NCBI GenBank assembly: GCA_047967505.1 | Contig: CM106538.1 | Origin: Dipteris shenzhenensis | Taxonomy: Eukaryota | Strand: one strand, 5' to 3' | Length of the DNA stretch: 64,000 bases | In this document: positions 23,161-36,110 of the stretch, one piece after another | How the letters are laid out: every line of letters starts with the position of its first letter | How positions within the stretch are numbered: position 1 is the stretch's first letter | Notes under the pieces: model-generated | Databases searched by the model: none | Told to the model about the DNA's origin: nothing | The model's input: the letters and a program-made list of their open reading frames with translations, nothing else | Position numbers and translations under genes: made by a program

Positions 23161-26100
23161 CTAGCAAGAAGTACCCTGGCACCAACAAGAGCATGCGGAC
23201 CAAGCTTGGGCTACTTGGTGGATCACCAACACCTTGGAGGCGAGGTTAAGTTTAGCTGAACTCCAAGAAAGGAGTTTCCTCCTGATACTCTCCAACATAG
23301 GGGCAACTGTTGTGAGGGAGAGATGTCGACACCGACCTGGCAGCCCAAATATTTGGTAGAATACCTTTGGATCCAAGTGAATCCAAAATCGGTGGAGTAT
23401 CGTGGTCTCTAATCCAGAAGCCTTTGGATTTATTCCAGCCAATATGTGCACTTGTTGCCAAACAGAACAAATCCAAGGCTGCCTTGAATGAGGTAAGATT
23501 AAGTGGATTGGCATCCAAAAATATCATCAGCCAGCTCACTATCGAGAAGTTCCTCATTCTGTCTCAGGGGGCATCTCAGCCTAATAACATCTACCTGAGC
23601 TCTTGAAAATAAGCTCATCGCTTCAGCCATGAATAAGTAGAGAAAGGATGCAAGAGGGCATCCCTATCAGACTATTCTCGAAATTTGAAAGGATGCAAGA
23701 GGGCATCCCTGTCAGACTATTCTGGAAATCTGAGCCCTCTCCCCCTTAACTCCTCTAATAAGCACTGATTTGTACAACAAGGAGACCCCTCTAGTCCATG
23801 TATTTGAGAGTTCAAACCGTTGAAGGGTATTCTCTAAAAAAACCCCAATCTACTCTGTCATAGGCTCTTTCAAAATCCAACAGTAAAATGATAAGTTTTT
23901 TGGCCATTGTGCATAGCCCACCGAGAAGCTTCCCAAAAGGAGAATATGCTATCAAATATCCTTTTGGTATGCACAAAGCCCATTTGTGTATCATGGATAA
24001 GGTTTGGAAGAAGGGGCTGCGAACACAAATTAATGGCTTTTACCAAAATCTTATAACCAAGTTCCCAAGAGAGTGATGGGCCTCCATTGGGAGAGAATTT
24101 TTTTGCAATGAGATGACTGAGACCCTCTGTAAGTGAGTCAGGCATAGTACCAGAGTCCCATATGCTCTGCAAGGCTGAAGTCAAGTGATCCCCAATCATA
24201 TCCCAAAAAGTAATAAAGAAGGAAGGGGACAATCCATCTTAACCTAGGAACTTGCCCTTGTGTAGGGCCAGAAGTGTAGTGCTGAATTCGTGATTGGTAA
24301 AAGGAGCATTAAGCATAACTATCATGTTTGGTTTTAGCAATACCGGAACATGCTGCCACACTCTATATCTGGCATTGTCTCTAGTTTGTGTGTCAGGATC
24401 TACAAACAAGAGGGAGGCATAAAAATTTGTAGCTATGTGCAAAACACCGTTCGAGTCAATAAGTTGAGAAATACATTCTCTACCATGTTTGGGGCCAACT
24501 GTAGAGAAAAAATCCTTAATGACTCTCCTTCCCATCTGTATCCAAAAGAATTCACGTGCATGAAAGGCATACTCTACTCTGTGATCTAGCAAACTTTGCT
24601 AATGAGTCCTTGCTGCACCAAGGAGCTCATAAATGGAAGCAATAGTAGGCCGTTTCTGCTCTTCCCTATGCAGGGCTACTAGCTGCTGTCTAAAGTCTAT
24701 CTCCCATCTGAGAATATCAGGTCTTTTGGTGCTAGCGAAAGTGTGATGAAAATCTCTAATACCAAAGAGGGCTGTTGCGATGTGAGACATCTAATCTGTA
24801 AAACCTCTTCTGTAAGACCTCCTCTACATATAGGGCATCTGGAATTCTGATACGAATAGATTGATGTATCAAATGAGGGTCAGAAATAGCCATGACTACT
24901 GGAAAGTGATCCAAGGTGGAGACACTCGGTGCAATGCATATCGAACCTCATCTGACTAGTGCCGAATCATCTACATAAAATCTATCTATCCTTGTGTGAA
25001 TGGGCATAAGCAACCTTTTGTTTGACCATGAACAGAAGAGAATGTGACAAAGTGTGAAAGGCATCATCTATCCAAGCGTCTCTACCATGGAACTGAAAAA
25101 AGAAGGCATCCTAAGCAGCTTTGTCTAAAGAATTTTTGCCTAGCATCCTAAGTAGCTTTGTCTAAAGAATGTTTGCCTAGCATCCTAAGCAGCTCTGTCT
25201 AAAGAATGTTTGCCTCCTCCTCTTCACCCCTTTTTCTCTGAAAGGAATTCCAGCATGTTGAAATCACCTCCAATAATGCATGAATCTACAATGGGGGCTC
25301 AAGAGAGAAGTTCTTTAAAAAAAAACACATGTTTCACTCTATGTTTGGGGCATACAAATTGAGAAGACCAACCTTACAACCCCCAATCAACAAAATAATC
25401 CACTCACTCTAGAGGGGATAATAATACCCTGTGCCACCACAAGGGGAAGTATAGAGGCTGAAACTGAGATGTAAGTTCCACCCGTAGTGCCTCAGGCAGG
25501 TGTCCAAAAAGTATGACTTCGGGCAGTCTTTGGCATCCAGAAAGTAATTTACCTGACTTTGGGCAGTCTTTGGCATCCAGTTTGTGCTCTTGGATAAAGA
25601 GAATGTCAATAGGTCCCCTAATGACACCTGGATGAAGCTAATCATGAATCAGCTGCCTCCGGTGGTGATGAGGCACACCGCCCAAGTCCTGTATGTTCGA
25701 GTTAACAATCCTCATTGGTGAGAGGATATGGAATGCCTTGCCACGACCTCATTGTGGAAACAGCTCTCTCTTGTGCCAAGAACCTCATGGAGTAGCTTTA
25801 AAGAGGAGAAAAATCCACAGGGGACAGCGCCCCCACCCCCATGGAGGGAGACATCCTATCAATTGGAATGCCCAAGACTGCACCTTCTGAATGTCTAGAC
25901 GCGGTCCAAGATCATCAAGAGGAGAGAGAGTTCCTCCGATTCAGAAAAGGCATCGGAGTGCCAAGAATCCCTACCTATGCCGATGGAGAGGGAGTAGGGA
26001 CCAAACCCTTCCCTCGATCAATAAGGGAGACTTTGGAACACAAGAGGTAAGGGGCTGCTTGGAAGGAGGAGAGGCTGGGAGAGGATAGGAAGGACTTGCA

Positions 26101-27250
26101 ACAAGAGCCTCATCCAAAACTGGAAATGAGTCATCACTAGCAATTGCTTGACCATGCTCATGAGAGTCGGTAACCGTGCTGCCTATGGCTGGAATATCAG
26201 TAGAGGGGACTGATGCAAGGTCTGGGCAATGAGATGTGTCCTCCCGATCTACAGATGGGGAAGGAACAACTACTCTGATTGCCACCCACTGTGGGGCGAT
26301 CGGAGGGGACGAGCAACTAGAGCAGTGGGTGGAGGATGCACACCATGTGCCTAGCGGGTTGAAGGCGCTTGATGTGTAGAATTTGCCAAAGGCGCTCTCT
26401 GTCGTATGGCCGCATCAGAAGATTTCTTAGGTCTTTTCTTTTTCTTTGGGCAATTCTAGCAAAGTGCCCGAAGGTCCTACGAATATGACATTGATTGTAT
26501 CTGCGTGCAATCTCTACTCTCTGTCGAAAGAGAGAGCCATCTGAACGTTGGAGCATTGTGTGATCATTTGATATATTAGGGTTTGAGACAATGACTCTAA
26601 CTCTAGGAACCCCATCCGATTTGACCGCCTTTGTTGCAGAAGAAGGCAAACCAAGGTGGGTTGGGGGGGGTGATGTCTATAACCTACCCAAAGAATGCTT
26701 CGATGGAAGCTAGAAGGCGATGGTAGACCCGTGGAAGACCTGTGCTTAAGGATTAGCTTTCAAATCGGTGGTTACAGCCCTGGAGAATCAAAAGACACCT
26801 GGAAAAGACCTCGTCCCAAAAGCTGAATATCTGAAAGGCGTGGAACAAGGTCCGGATGAAGAGCAGCAAGCATCCAGTGCTTAGCTTGAGATTTGAAGGG
26901 GTGGGACCCATGGACTTGTGAAGAGATTGGTAACGCTCTCAAACTCCACATCTTTTTTGAGTTGCAACAGCTTGTCTTCAGAAAAAGTAATGGTCCTCCC
27001 GGCTGGTGGATGTGGTCGAAAATTGCCTGAATGGGGTTCCAAGCGACAATCGGTTGTTGAAGGCCAACTCGAACACCAAGAATGCTCCGTCCGTCGTTTG
27101 GAGAGGGTTGAGGGGGAAAGGGAAGCACTAAGGGAAGGAGATGAGAGGAAGGAGAGGGAAGGGAACCTAATGGAAGGCTAAGGTGAGGACGCTAAGGGAA
27201 GGAATGACTGAGAGGAAGGACTGAGGGAGAGGGAGAGGCTGAGAGGGGGA
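23161..27250 (-). mobile_element. L1-clade LINE, near full length but decayed (ORF1, endonuclease, RT)
   Basis: ORF1-like WMLAALH..DIQLLGRGLFQVSF and QCHI..FGHFAR; RT-region FFITFWDMIG, LLDFERAYDRVDW, GWNKSKG, KLNLASKVLVI. Confidence 0.85.
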
Positions 27251-27689
27251 GATATGACATGATATGATTGTACTGAAATCCACTGTGAGATCCTTCAAGA
27301 TAATGGTGATCCCTTACAACCAATGAAAGAAAATATTACAAACTTTGTAGGGCTAGCTTGTGTGCTAGACCCAGTATCTTGTTTCAATGTTCCAAAACCT
27401 CCTTCAAGTAGCTTCCTAGCTTTTGGCTGGCTGCACCAACAGATTTTTTCAAAATATCTCTGTTGCCCTCATATCTTTCTCTGATTTGAGCACAGACTCT
27501 ACATCTTAGGAGTACATACTGCTCAGTTTCTACCTATTCTATGGGGCAAATTTTACAGGTCCTTTCCTCTTTGGGGATCCTGGGTCTTGCCCACCTACCC
27601 CTCTCCACCTTGAGATCATGCAAACTAGTTCTGATTTGTCAAATTAAATGTATTTTAAATATTGATATGTCTTCCTTGAGAGGCAGAGG

Positions 27690-28270
27690 GAGGTGGAGAG
27701 GCTGAGGGAGAGGGAGAGGCTGGCTGCTGAAATTTGAGTTTGAAGTCCAGGGATAATACCTTGTCGCTTTTATTGATGGAGGGATTGCAGTAAATCAATG
27801 CTTCCTCTCCTGCGTTGCCTATCTACTAAGGATTCCAGTCCATTCAGCATTGCCTTTGGGATTGTAGACAAGCCATGCTCGTTTGGAAGGGGATTGCATG
27901 GCTTTTGAGTACTTCTTTTCCCTTCCCCTTTCTGGATCACCTAGGGCTCAGTGGCTTGGCTCTCTTTATTGGGGCCCTAGAAGTTTTATGAGATGCATAG
28001 CTCCTCCTTGGCTTTTTTGGTTCGATGTTCGGGGAAAGTTGTGGTGCCTATGTACCTGAAGCAAGGCTTTGTATCCTCCCTCAGTACATACACTATGAAC
28101 TGGCATTATTCTCTGTTGGACTGTTTGTTCTCTACCTTGGCCGCCTTTTGTACTTTCTCCACAGGTCGTTATCACCCATGTCGCATGAATCTTCATGCCC
28201 TAGTGTCCTTTAAGTGGGTGGAGTTGGTTATCATTTACGCACCACATGCCAATGGGTCATAATTTGTTCC
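27690..28270 (+). mobile_element. L1-like 3' fragment
   Basis: Trp-rich decayed C-terminal ORF2-like segments; weak support. Confidence 0.35.
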
Positions 28271-28600
28271 TTGCACATGGTAGCTGCCCCAACTCCATGT
28301 CCTAAAACTGCACCTTCAAAACAAGTATCCTGAAATAAGAATGAGTTCTTTCTTGCACAACCATGGACACCATCTCACCTGCGCTCGCCTCCCCCCCCCC
28401 CCCCCGCCCCCCCAAAGAGCCACAGTTCTCAATTAAAAAACTTCTACATACTTCTATTGTTTGCAGAAGTTGAAGCATATCAATTATTTTTTTGTTTTGT
28501 GTGATTGTAGAGGGGAGACCTTGAAACTATCATGTGGCATTCCCTACTAATTATAATATTTTTTGGTTGTTCTCACAATGTGTCCACCATAATGGGCAAA

Positions 28601-28646
<46 letters not shown>
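28601..28646. repeat. Compound (TC)n(AC)n microsatellite
   Basis: Directly visible. Confidence 0.95.
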
Positions 28647-28648
<2 letters not shown>

Positions 28649-28699
28649 TTTTTGGGTGAAATCTTTGATTGATTATATTATATGAGTAGCAACCTCAAC

Positions 28700-31400
28700 A
28701 CAAGGTGCTACAATTACATCAACTGAAAATTTCAGTATATGCCAGAAAAACCTCATGATCTATGCAACGGGTCTGTAAGCAATCAAAGAAAGATTGCTGC
28801 AGAGAACGCCTAAAAAAGCCAAACAGAGAGAAAGTAGGATCACCAAAGACTTTACAATTCCTACATGTCCATAAAGTCCATAGTGCCCAGTAGCGAACCC
28901 AAACGAAGAAAAGATGAAACTCTGCTCTGGATGGATGAAACCCAAATAGCCAGAAGAACTTCCTAAACGGAACAGATGGGAATCTTGCTTGCTCTTCCCT
29001 GAGACTTCTACAGGGTTGAGGTGGCACTTTCAGTCTCAGCCTTGGTTATTTTCCACCTCACTCTGAGGGGGTTTTATTTATCCTCATGATTTCATGATGT
29101 ATTCCGCTTTGAGCTTGCTCTCGCGGGTTTTTTCTCTTACTTAATAGAAGTCTCTTTCTTGAAAAAAAAAAAAAAGAATCTCGCTCGTAGGTGCTGTCAA
29201 AGCAAATAAAAAAACTCATGAGAGCACGGACAATGCCAAAACAAGTGAGGCACAGTCTCCGAAGAAGCAAAACATTTGTAGCAAAGTACAAGAGCAATGT
29301 GTCGATGAGCTAATAGCTGTCTAGATGGAAACACTCCCAAAAGAATTCGCCAAAAGAAAACCTGTTGCCGAAGCAGTACTTTATAGGCTCAAAGTTGCTG
29401 TAATCTTTTCCTCCACCACTTGGCTGGGCAATGCATTCACCAAACAGAATCACCTCTCTTTGAAACCCAAGGTTGAGGCAAAAGGATTTTATACAATGCA
29501 GGTACAGTAATTTGAGATAGCCTCAAAGGACAAGAAGAGGACCCTGGAGAAGTCAAAAGTCCAATCTTCCAGCCGGTCCTGGAGTTCCAAAGGAGGAATC
29601 GGAACAAAAGGCGAAAGCATAGAAGTAATTTGTCGCCACAAAGGACGATAATGAGAGCCCAATCCATATGTAGTGGCTGCTAGAGAAAAGGGGAGCACAG
29701 TACCAGCATCATCTATAACATCAACAACCGAGGTGATGCCTTTAAACGAGACAAAGTAGGGACGTCGAGGTTCCTGTAAAGCCAAGGAAGGTTGAAAGAC
29801 TTTTGACCAGTGAGTGCTTTCAGCTCTCAAAGAATTCCCAAGCAAAGATTGCCGTCCATTCGATTCTAGATGAGAAAGAACATGCTTCCAGTCAAGAAGC
29901 AAGCGGGAGACAAAAGGGCAACCAGGCAAAGTGCCATCAGTGTAGCCAAAAAAGAAATCCCATTGATCAAGTTGCAAATGACCAAACATAGAAATACTGA
30001 TATGAGTGACGAGAGTCCTAATCATAAGAGCCCAAGGCTGATCACCTTGTAGAAATTGCAGCAACCTTTTTCCCCTGTGGGCAAGAATATGTACATGAAT
30101 ATCCGTGATGTTCAATCCACCATGCATCTTGGGAGAACAAATGTGATGCATCGAAAGCAGCCTGAGACTTTTTCTGCCATGTTTGGATCGCCAAAAGATT
30201 TCCATAAAGACAAACATGAAAGATGTAAGATCTGCCTTAGTGAACATGATCAATGGCAAGTAAAATTGAATATATGCCACAAGGATGGACTGCACTATTC
30301 GAAGACGAACGTGCAAAGGCCAGGTTGCCAGTTTCCAATAGTCAAGCTTTTTCCGAAGCTTAGCCAAAACCCAATGAGTTTGTTGTTGGCGAGTGAGTTC
30401 CCACCCCAAAGGGTAACCAAGATGACGAACAAACTAAGTGGGTGGAATGATATCCCCGGGCCATAATAGACTATGCCAGTCTTTTGGAATGCAAAGGGAG
30501 CAGCTTAGACTTCTGAAAAGTAACATGAAGACTAGCTGCCAAACCATAAATAGAGAGGGTCTGCATCAAGGCACCAAGATAATGGGGCGTATTCTTCGAG
30601 GTAAAGAAAGAATCATCAGCATAAGCTTGAGCAACCATGCTGCGATTAGCATCCAATTCCAAGCCATGAAGTGATCCTGTAGCCACAAGATGATCAATAT
30701 ATTGCAGCATAGGATGAGTAGCAATGGCATACAGTAAAGCACTGAGAGGGCATCCCTGGCATCAAGGCACCAAGATGATGGGGCGTATTCTTCGGGGTAA
30801 AGAAAGAATCATCAGCATAAGCTTGAGCAACCATGCTGTGATTAGCATCCAATTCCAAGCCATGAAGTGATCCTGTAGCCACAAGATGATCAATATATTG
30901 CAGCATAGGATGAGTAGCAATGGCATATAGTAAAGCACTGAGAGGGCATCCCTGGCGGACTGAACAACAAAGAATCCACTCAGAAAGAATGCAAGCCACA
31001 TTGCTATCTCTGTAAAGCCAGTAAATAACCTACTGCATTTTGGTCCAAACCCCAAAGCCCGCATAGTTTGCGAGATGAAATCCCATTGAACTTTGTCAAA
31101 GGATTTTGCAATATCTACCTGCAAGAGTAGAACATCTTGCTGCGTGTATTTGGCATATTCAATCCCAATATAAGCATTGGCAATGTTATCTGTGATATGG
31201 TGACGTGGAACAAAGCCATATTGGGAGGGATGCAACCCATCATGCAAATAACATTTAATCCGATCAACTACCATTTTGGCAATGATCTTGTAAATGACTG
31301 GCATGAGTATGATTGGCCTCCAATCACCAAGTGAATCACATAGCTGCTTCTTTGGAATCAACTTGAGAAGACCCTTTTTCCATGACACAGGCATCTGCTG
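28700..31400 (-). mobile_element. L1-clade LINE ORF2 (RT to 3' end), 5'-truncated
   Basis: WRPIILMPVIYKIIAK, QYGFVP, VDIAKSFDKVQW, VRQGCPLS, AYADD, PKMHGGLNI, WTLWTCRN. Confidence 0.92.
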
Positions 31401-31548
31401 ATTTTGTGCGTGCACACACACACATACACACACACACATAAAAGAGAGCCTATAGGTCAATTTGGCAGTATTTGGCTCCCTTGATTTCCTATTGTTATAT
31501 TGGTTTATGGGTGGTACCTTTGTAAACAATATGATCTCACTTTGTCCT

Positions 31549-32505
31549 TGATGGAAATATGGTGTTGAGGGAGAGAGAGAGTAGGCTAGGGTGAGAGGAA
31601 ATGATACCTAAATGAAGACATAATGAAAAGGATTTCATTCATGATATCCAATGATGTGACAAGTGAATTACAAGCCTTTATGGAATAGGCACTTTAGGAT
31701 AACTCCCAAAGTGACACGTGGCACTCACAGTTAGAACCACTACTATAACTCCTAGTAAAACACACCAACACACACTCTTTGGCTATGATTTCTCCAACAC
31801 CCCCCTTCAAAGCAAAGAGTGTGAGATCCAATATGTAAGGAGTAGATCGATCCCCCCTCCACCGCAATACTGCAAAGAGCAAGTCCAACTATCTAACACC
31901 TCCCGTGTGATAGTGACTTCTCAGTCAGCTTGCAACCGGAAAGGGTAGACCATCACTCGTCACCCCCCCTACCTCTGAAGTGGGTGGTCAACACAATCAT
32001 ACCAAAGTAAAATATAATACAATCATTTTTGGGGGACAACCCAAGGCAGAGTACCCTTATTGACTCCAAATACATTCATTTTAGAGTGACAAGGCTTACA
32101 ACCTTTATTGACTCAACACAAAAACACACATCATATATGGTCTAGAAAGCCCAAGAGTCCTAGTCATAATGTTCCTCAAGAGAGAGGCCGTGAACCTCAG
32201 CAGCAGTGGTTGCATGTATCTCCCCAAGGGGCTCATCAGGTTCAGCCTGGTCTTGAGCAATAAGATTGGCATGGTGCTTCTCTTGTTCCTATTCCTTCTT
32301 CTTGAAGCAATTAGCCTCAACTTGTCCTTTTCTTTTACAAAATTTGCAAATATTCTTGTTTGTCTTCCTTTTGCTTGTGGAAGCAAAGAGCAAGGATGAC
32401 ATCTTTGTTGCGGCGGTCCTTTTCAATAAGTAGAGCCACCATATCATCAAACGTGGTAGTGCCAAGGTGTAGAACACACACTCTTTGGCTATGATTTCTC
32501 CAACA
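31549..32505 (-). mobile_element. Small deleted copia-type LTR element (~0.95 kb)
   Basis: Minus-strand LTR start TGTTGGAGAAATCATAGCCAAAGAGTGTGTG occurs at 32505 and at 31799, the latter preceded by PPT TTGAAGGGGGG. Gag knuckle CKFCKRKGQVEANC. Candidate TSD GTCCT/GTACT. Confidence 0.65.
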
Positions 32506-32928
32506 GTACTTTTTGCAAAAGCAATCAAAACTTTTATAAGTAGTTTCATTTGACCATAGTTACAAGCTTATCCAATTGCTGTGGCCGAACACCATGTTAA
32601 TTTTCTTTGCCTTTGATTTTGGAGTTTATTACTCTGAAAAAATTTGGTGCTTTTCAAACATGTGATGCTGTTAACTTGGGATATTTGCACATTGAGCTTA
32701 ATTTCAAATTTATCTTGGGTTCTTGAAAATACATGCTCACATCATGGTTTTTTGTATGGGTGTATGCAATCCTATCTAGGTGCAATTATAGGAAATGAAC
32801 TTTAGTTTACATACGTCAGATGCTTAGAGAAATCAAAAGCTTATCAAATATCTTTTGCTAAGAGTAAAGTAACATCTAGCTCTTGATACTACCTATGCCC
32901 ATACATTTAAAGTTTGTTATTTATGTAG

Positions 32929-33048
32929 GCAATCTTTCACGATGCATCTAGTGCGTTTGATGACCTCTTGGGCAGTGGTTTGTGATGTTTGGTACCTTGA
33001 GCCTCAAACTTTACAGCCATCGGAGACACCTATTGAATTTGCTGAACG
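32929..33048 (+). CDS. GPAT9: GPAT9 internal exon
   Basis: TAG acceptor and GT donor, phase-compatible (AA+G). Translates QSFTMHLVRLMTSWAVVCDVWYLEPQTLQPSETPIEFAER. Confidence 0.96.
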
Positions 33049-33183
33049 GTGAAAATCATTTCTTTAGTTTTGAATTGCAGAGGTTTTAGTTATGTGGTAA
33101 AACAACTTTCCTCCCATCAGAATTACGATGCATATAGAAATATTCAAACTCTCTTTGTTAAGAATGTTTATTTCTCTTTGCAG

Positions 33184-33282
33184 AGTTCGTGATATGATAG
33201 CAACAGCAGCTGGAATTAAAAAAGTTCCTTGGGATGGTTATTTGAAATATTATAGGCCGAGTCCCAAGCTCACGGAAAAAAA
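33184..33282 (+). CDS. GPAT9: GPAT9 penultimate coding exon
   Basis: TTTGCAG acceptor, GTAA donor; CG+A=Arg. Translates VRDMIATAAGIKKVPWDGYLKYYRPSPKLTEK(K). Confidence 0.96.
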
Positions 33283-33559
33283 GTAATCCCTTTGACTCAT
33301 TTCGTATGTGATTTGTTTGGAAAATCCTGCTTCATACGGGTGTGTAGTTAAGGCTATAGTGAACTTTAATGTGGAGAGTGAACATGGTTCCAGATATTTT
33401 CACAATCTCTCAATTTTATTCACCTAGAGACATTGCATTTCTTTGCAGCCACATGAAATAAAAGACTTATTGGTTTGTACTTCAAAATATAGACTATCAT
33501 ATTATTTAAAAAATTTCTTTCTCAAGAAAGATACTTCTATTATGTAAAATTACAATAAT

Positions 33560-35210
33560 CTGGCAAAAATGAGAATGGCTCAGCCAATCAGGAGTCTGAA
33601 GATGCCATATTAGACACTAGGGGACACTTTTCCATTGGCTGCAAGTGCCACACCATTCCAGTAAGAGACTCAGAGAAGAAAGAACTGCCTCTCCACTCTT
33701 TGTGAAGAATCGTTCTTATGGCCGATGTAGATTTAAAAGTCCCCTGCATGCTTGACCAAACGACCATCAAGGTATGTACAATGTTGGTCCAATTGCTAGC
33801 TATGCTATGAGCTGGTTGGACCTCGCTGCCGTCTATAGCCATACATCTGGATCTTCAAATGTGCTAGGTAGTGATGCTCAGAATAATTTCCCAACGCATG
33901 TCCAACGATGATGGTGAGGTCTGTACTGAGAAGCAAGAGCAGTGTGCCGACAAAACTCTACAAGATTATATGAATTATGATAGCCCAAGAAGTTATCTGA
34001 CTCTCCTAAAATATCTGAGGCCCAGACAAAGAGAACCAGGCACTGAGCTCTAATTGATGAACAGCAAGACCTGACCATAATCCCTGATCCTGGCTTGCCT
34101 GCATTCCCAGAGGCAATGCTGAATAGTCTCATCAACAATCAAACACTGAGGGGCTAGGGCAAGAAGGACTAGCTCCAAAAGTCTTCCTGCAACAATTTAT
34201 TGCAATCCCTCCATGGAACGAAAAGCCAGAAGAAAAGAGGGATTTCCAAAACTTCCTCCAAAATTACCTTTGCAAGTTTGTAGTGATCTAAAGGCTCTCT
34301 TGATAATGAGCTGTGGATAGTTAATGATTTCAAAGTCAAAGAATGGAAGGCTCTTGGAGTGATTGTATCCACTCTCACACCTGGATCCTATAGTTTATGG
34401 GAACACCCTCATTGAGGCATAGCCTCCAAATACCAATGGGAATGTCCTCTAGATGAGGGTCAATGTACTAGTAGCATCAATGTACTAGTAGCATAGAAGC
34501 ATTGCTTCACATGGTCCACTACTCTGACCAGCTCAAGGTGTGCATCCAAAAATAGCATCCTCATTAAAAAATCTAACCAATCTGCCCCTGGTTTGTACCT
34601 TAAAGACCATGGTGTCTCCACCTCTATAACGCATGAGACCTATAACCTGCAGCAGCACACGTGTGCCAAAGAGAGCTTCCATCCATTTATTGGTATGAGC
34701 TGTCCCCATCTCTAGTGTCAAGGGGTGGCTGCATCTATTGGAACAATCCTTCTACTGCTCGCTCTGAGATGACGAACTAACCTAGAGGTCTAGCATGGCC
34801 ATAGATTCTGCAAAAATAAAGACCCATCCAGTAAAATTTGAACCCCAATTGGAAGAGTCCGCATCACCGACCCAAAAGCCGTTGTCTTTGTGCCAATTTC
34901 TTGCTACAAGGAAAAAAAAATCCAAGGCTGTCCTAAAGATAGTAAGGGTCTGAGAGGAGGCATCTAAAAAAGCAGCTGTGCCATCTGCAAGCTCGACGTC
35001 CAACAACTCCTCTTCTTGTCCGATAAGTGAAGGCGGCATAAATTATAATCCCATAGGCTTTGAAGAGCTGAAGTAACATGATTACCAATGTTCTCCGAAA
35101 AGGCAATGAAGAAGAAGGGGGGCCACTCCATCTGAACCAGGGTATTTATCCTTATGCAAGGTAGATAATCCAGTCCATAATTGTGAATTGGTGAAAGTTG
35201 CATCAAGTGA
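33560..35210 (-). mobile_element. L1-like LINE ORF2 remnant
   Basis: FFIAFSENIGNHVTSALQSLWD and ARNWHKDNGFWVG resemble the L1 RT segments at 23161-24232. Confidence 0.65.
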
Positions 35211-35299
35211 GATCCTGATATCCAAACTCACCACCAAAGGAACAATCTGCCAAACCCTCAATTTGGCAATATTTCTCTCAGGCCTGTTAGGGTTTGCTG

Positions 35300-36110
35300 T
35301 GAGAAAGAAAGTCTTTGAAAGATGGAAGGGTCTATGAGACTAAGAAAACCAAATACAATAGAAGCTAAGGGGTGGAACCACTAAAGCGGGCATCCACTCC
35401 GAAAACTAATGTTTGAGATGAGAAAAACAAGTAGGGAAGTGGGGGATCCTTGTAGGGAAACCACTTGATCAACTGTTGTGTAACATGTTGGAACCTGTAT
35501 TTGCCATTTGCAGGACCAAATCTGTCAGCCAGCTGAGGATAGAAGAGATGATCTCGGCTGGTAGTGGCTCTGGCTCGTGTTGTCAAGAAAGGAAGTCGGT
35601 GATAGAACGCTATTGACACTTAATCCAGGCAACCTGTTTAGATCCCTCTCTCCTCCTCTATGGTCTTCGAAAGGTAGCTCACCATCCAGCAAGCACCACT
35701 GTCACTCGTATCATCTCTCACCCCCAGTCAGAGAGTAACGAGGGGATATCTAGATTATGTGGTCCTTATGTGTGGATCAACATGATGAGGAGTCTGTCGT
35801 GTTATACATCTAGATCTCAATTGCCTTGTTTCCCCTATAGCCTTTGGGCAGCGTCTCCTGCGTGGAAGGAATCTGTGAACCTCCTTCGACCAGGCTCCTA
35901 CGATCCCTCCTTGTCTTGTCTCCGTGCTCGAACAAGCCAATCTCTATGTCGCTGGGCCTCGAGTAGGAAAGTTGCCACGCGTCGTTGATCTCCTATGCAC
36001 ATGGAGCTCTAGGAGGTCCTGTTTGATGATTGGGTTCACCATTTGCATGTCAGAGCTATCAACTTCTCTGGTCTCCCTCCGCCGCTAGTGCCATAGAAGA
36101 GTAGCATAGT
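35300..36110 (-). mobile_element. RTE/RTEX-like LINE 3' fragment
   Basis: Shares the 3'-end motif GGGTCTATGAGACT..GAAAACC..ATACAA with 39168-39200; HQII and IGQ..VSS-like remnants. Confidence 0.6.

Noticed and set aside
33081-33096. AG...GT-bounded 16-nt micro-exon in the short GPAT9 intron
   Set aside because: It would shift the frame, and the flanking exons are already colinear with GPAT9.
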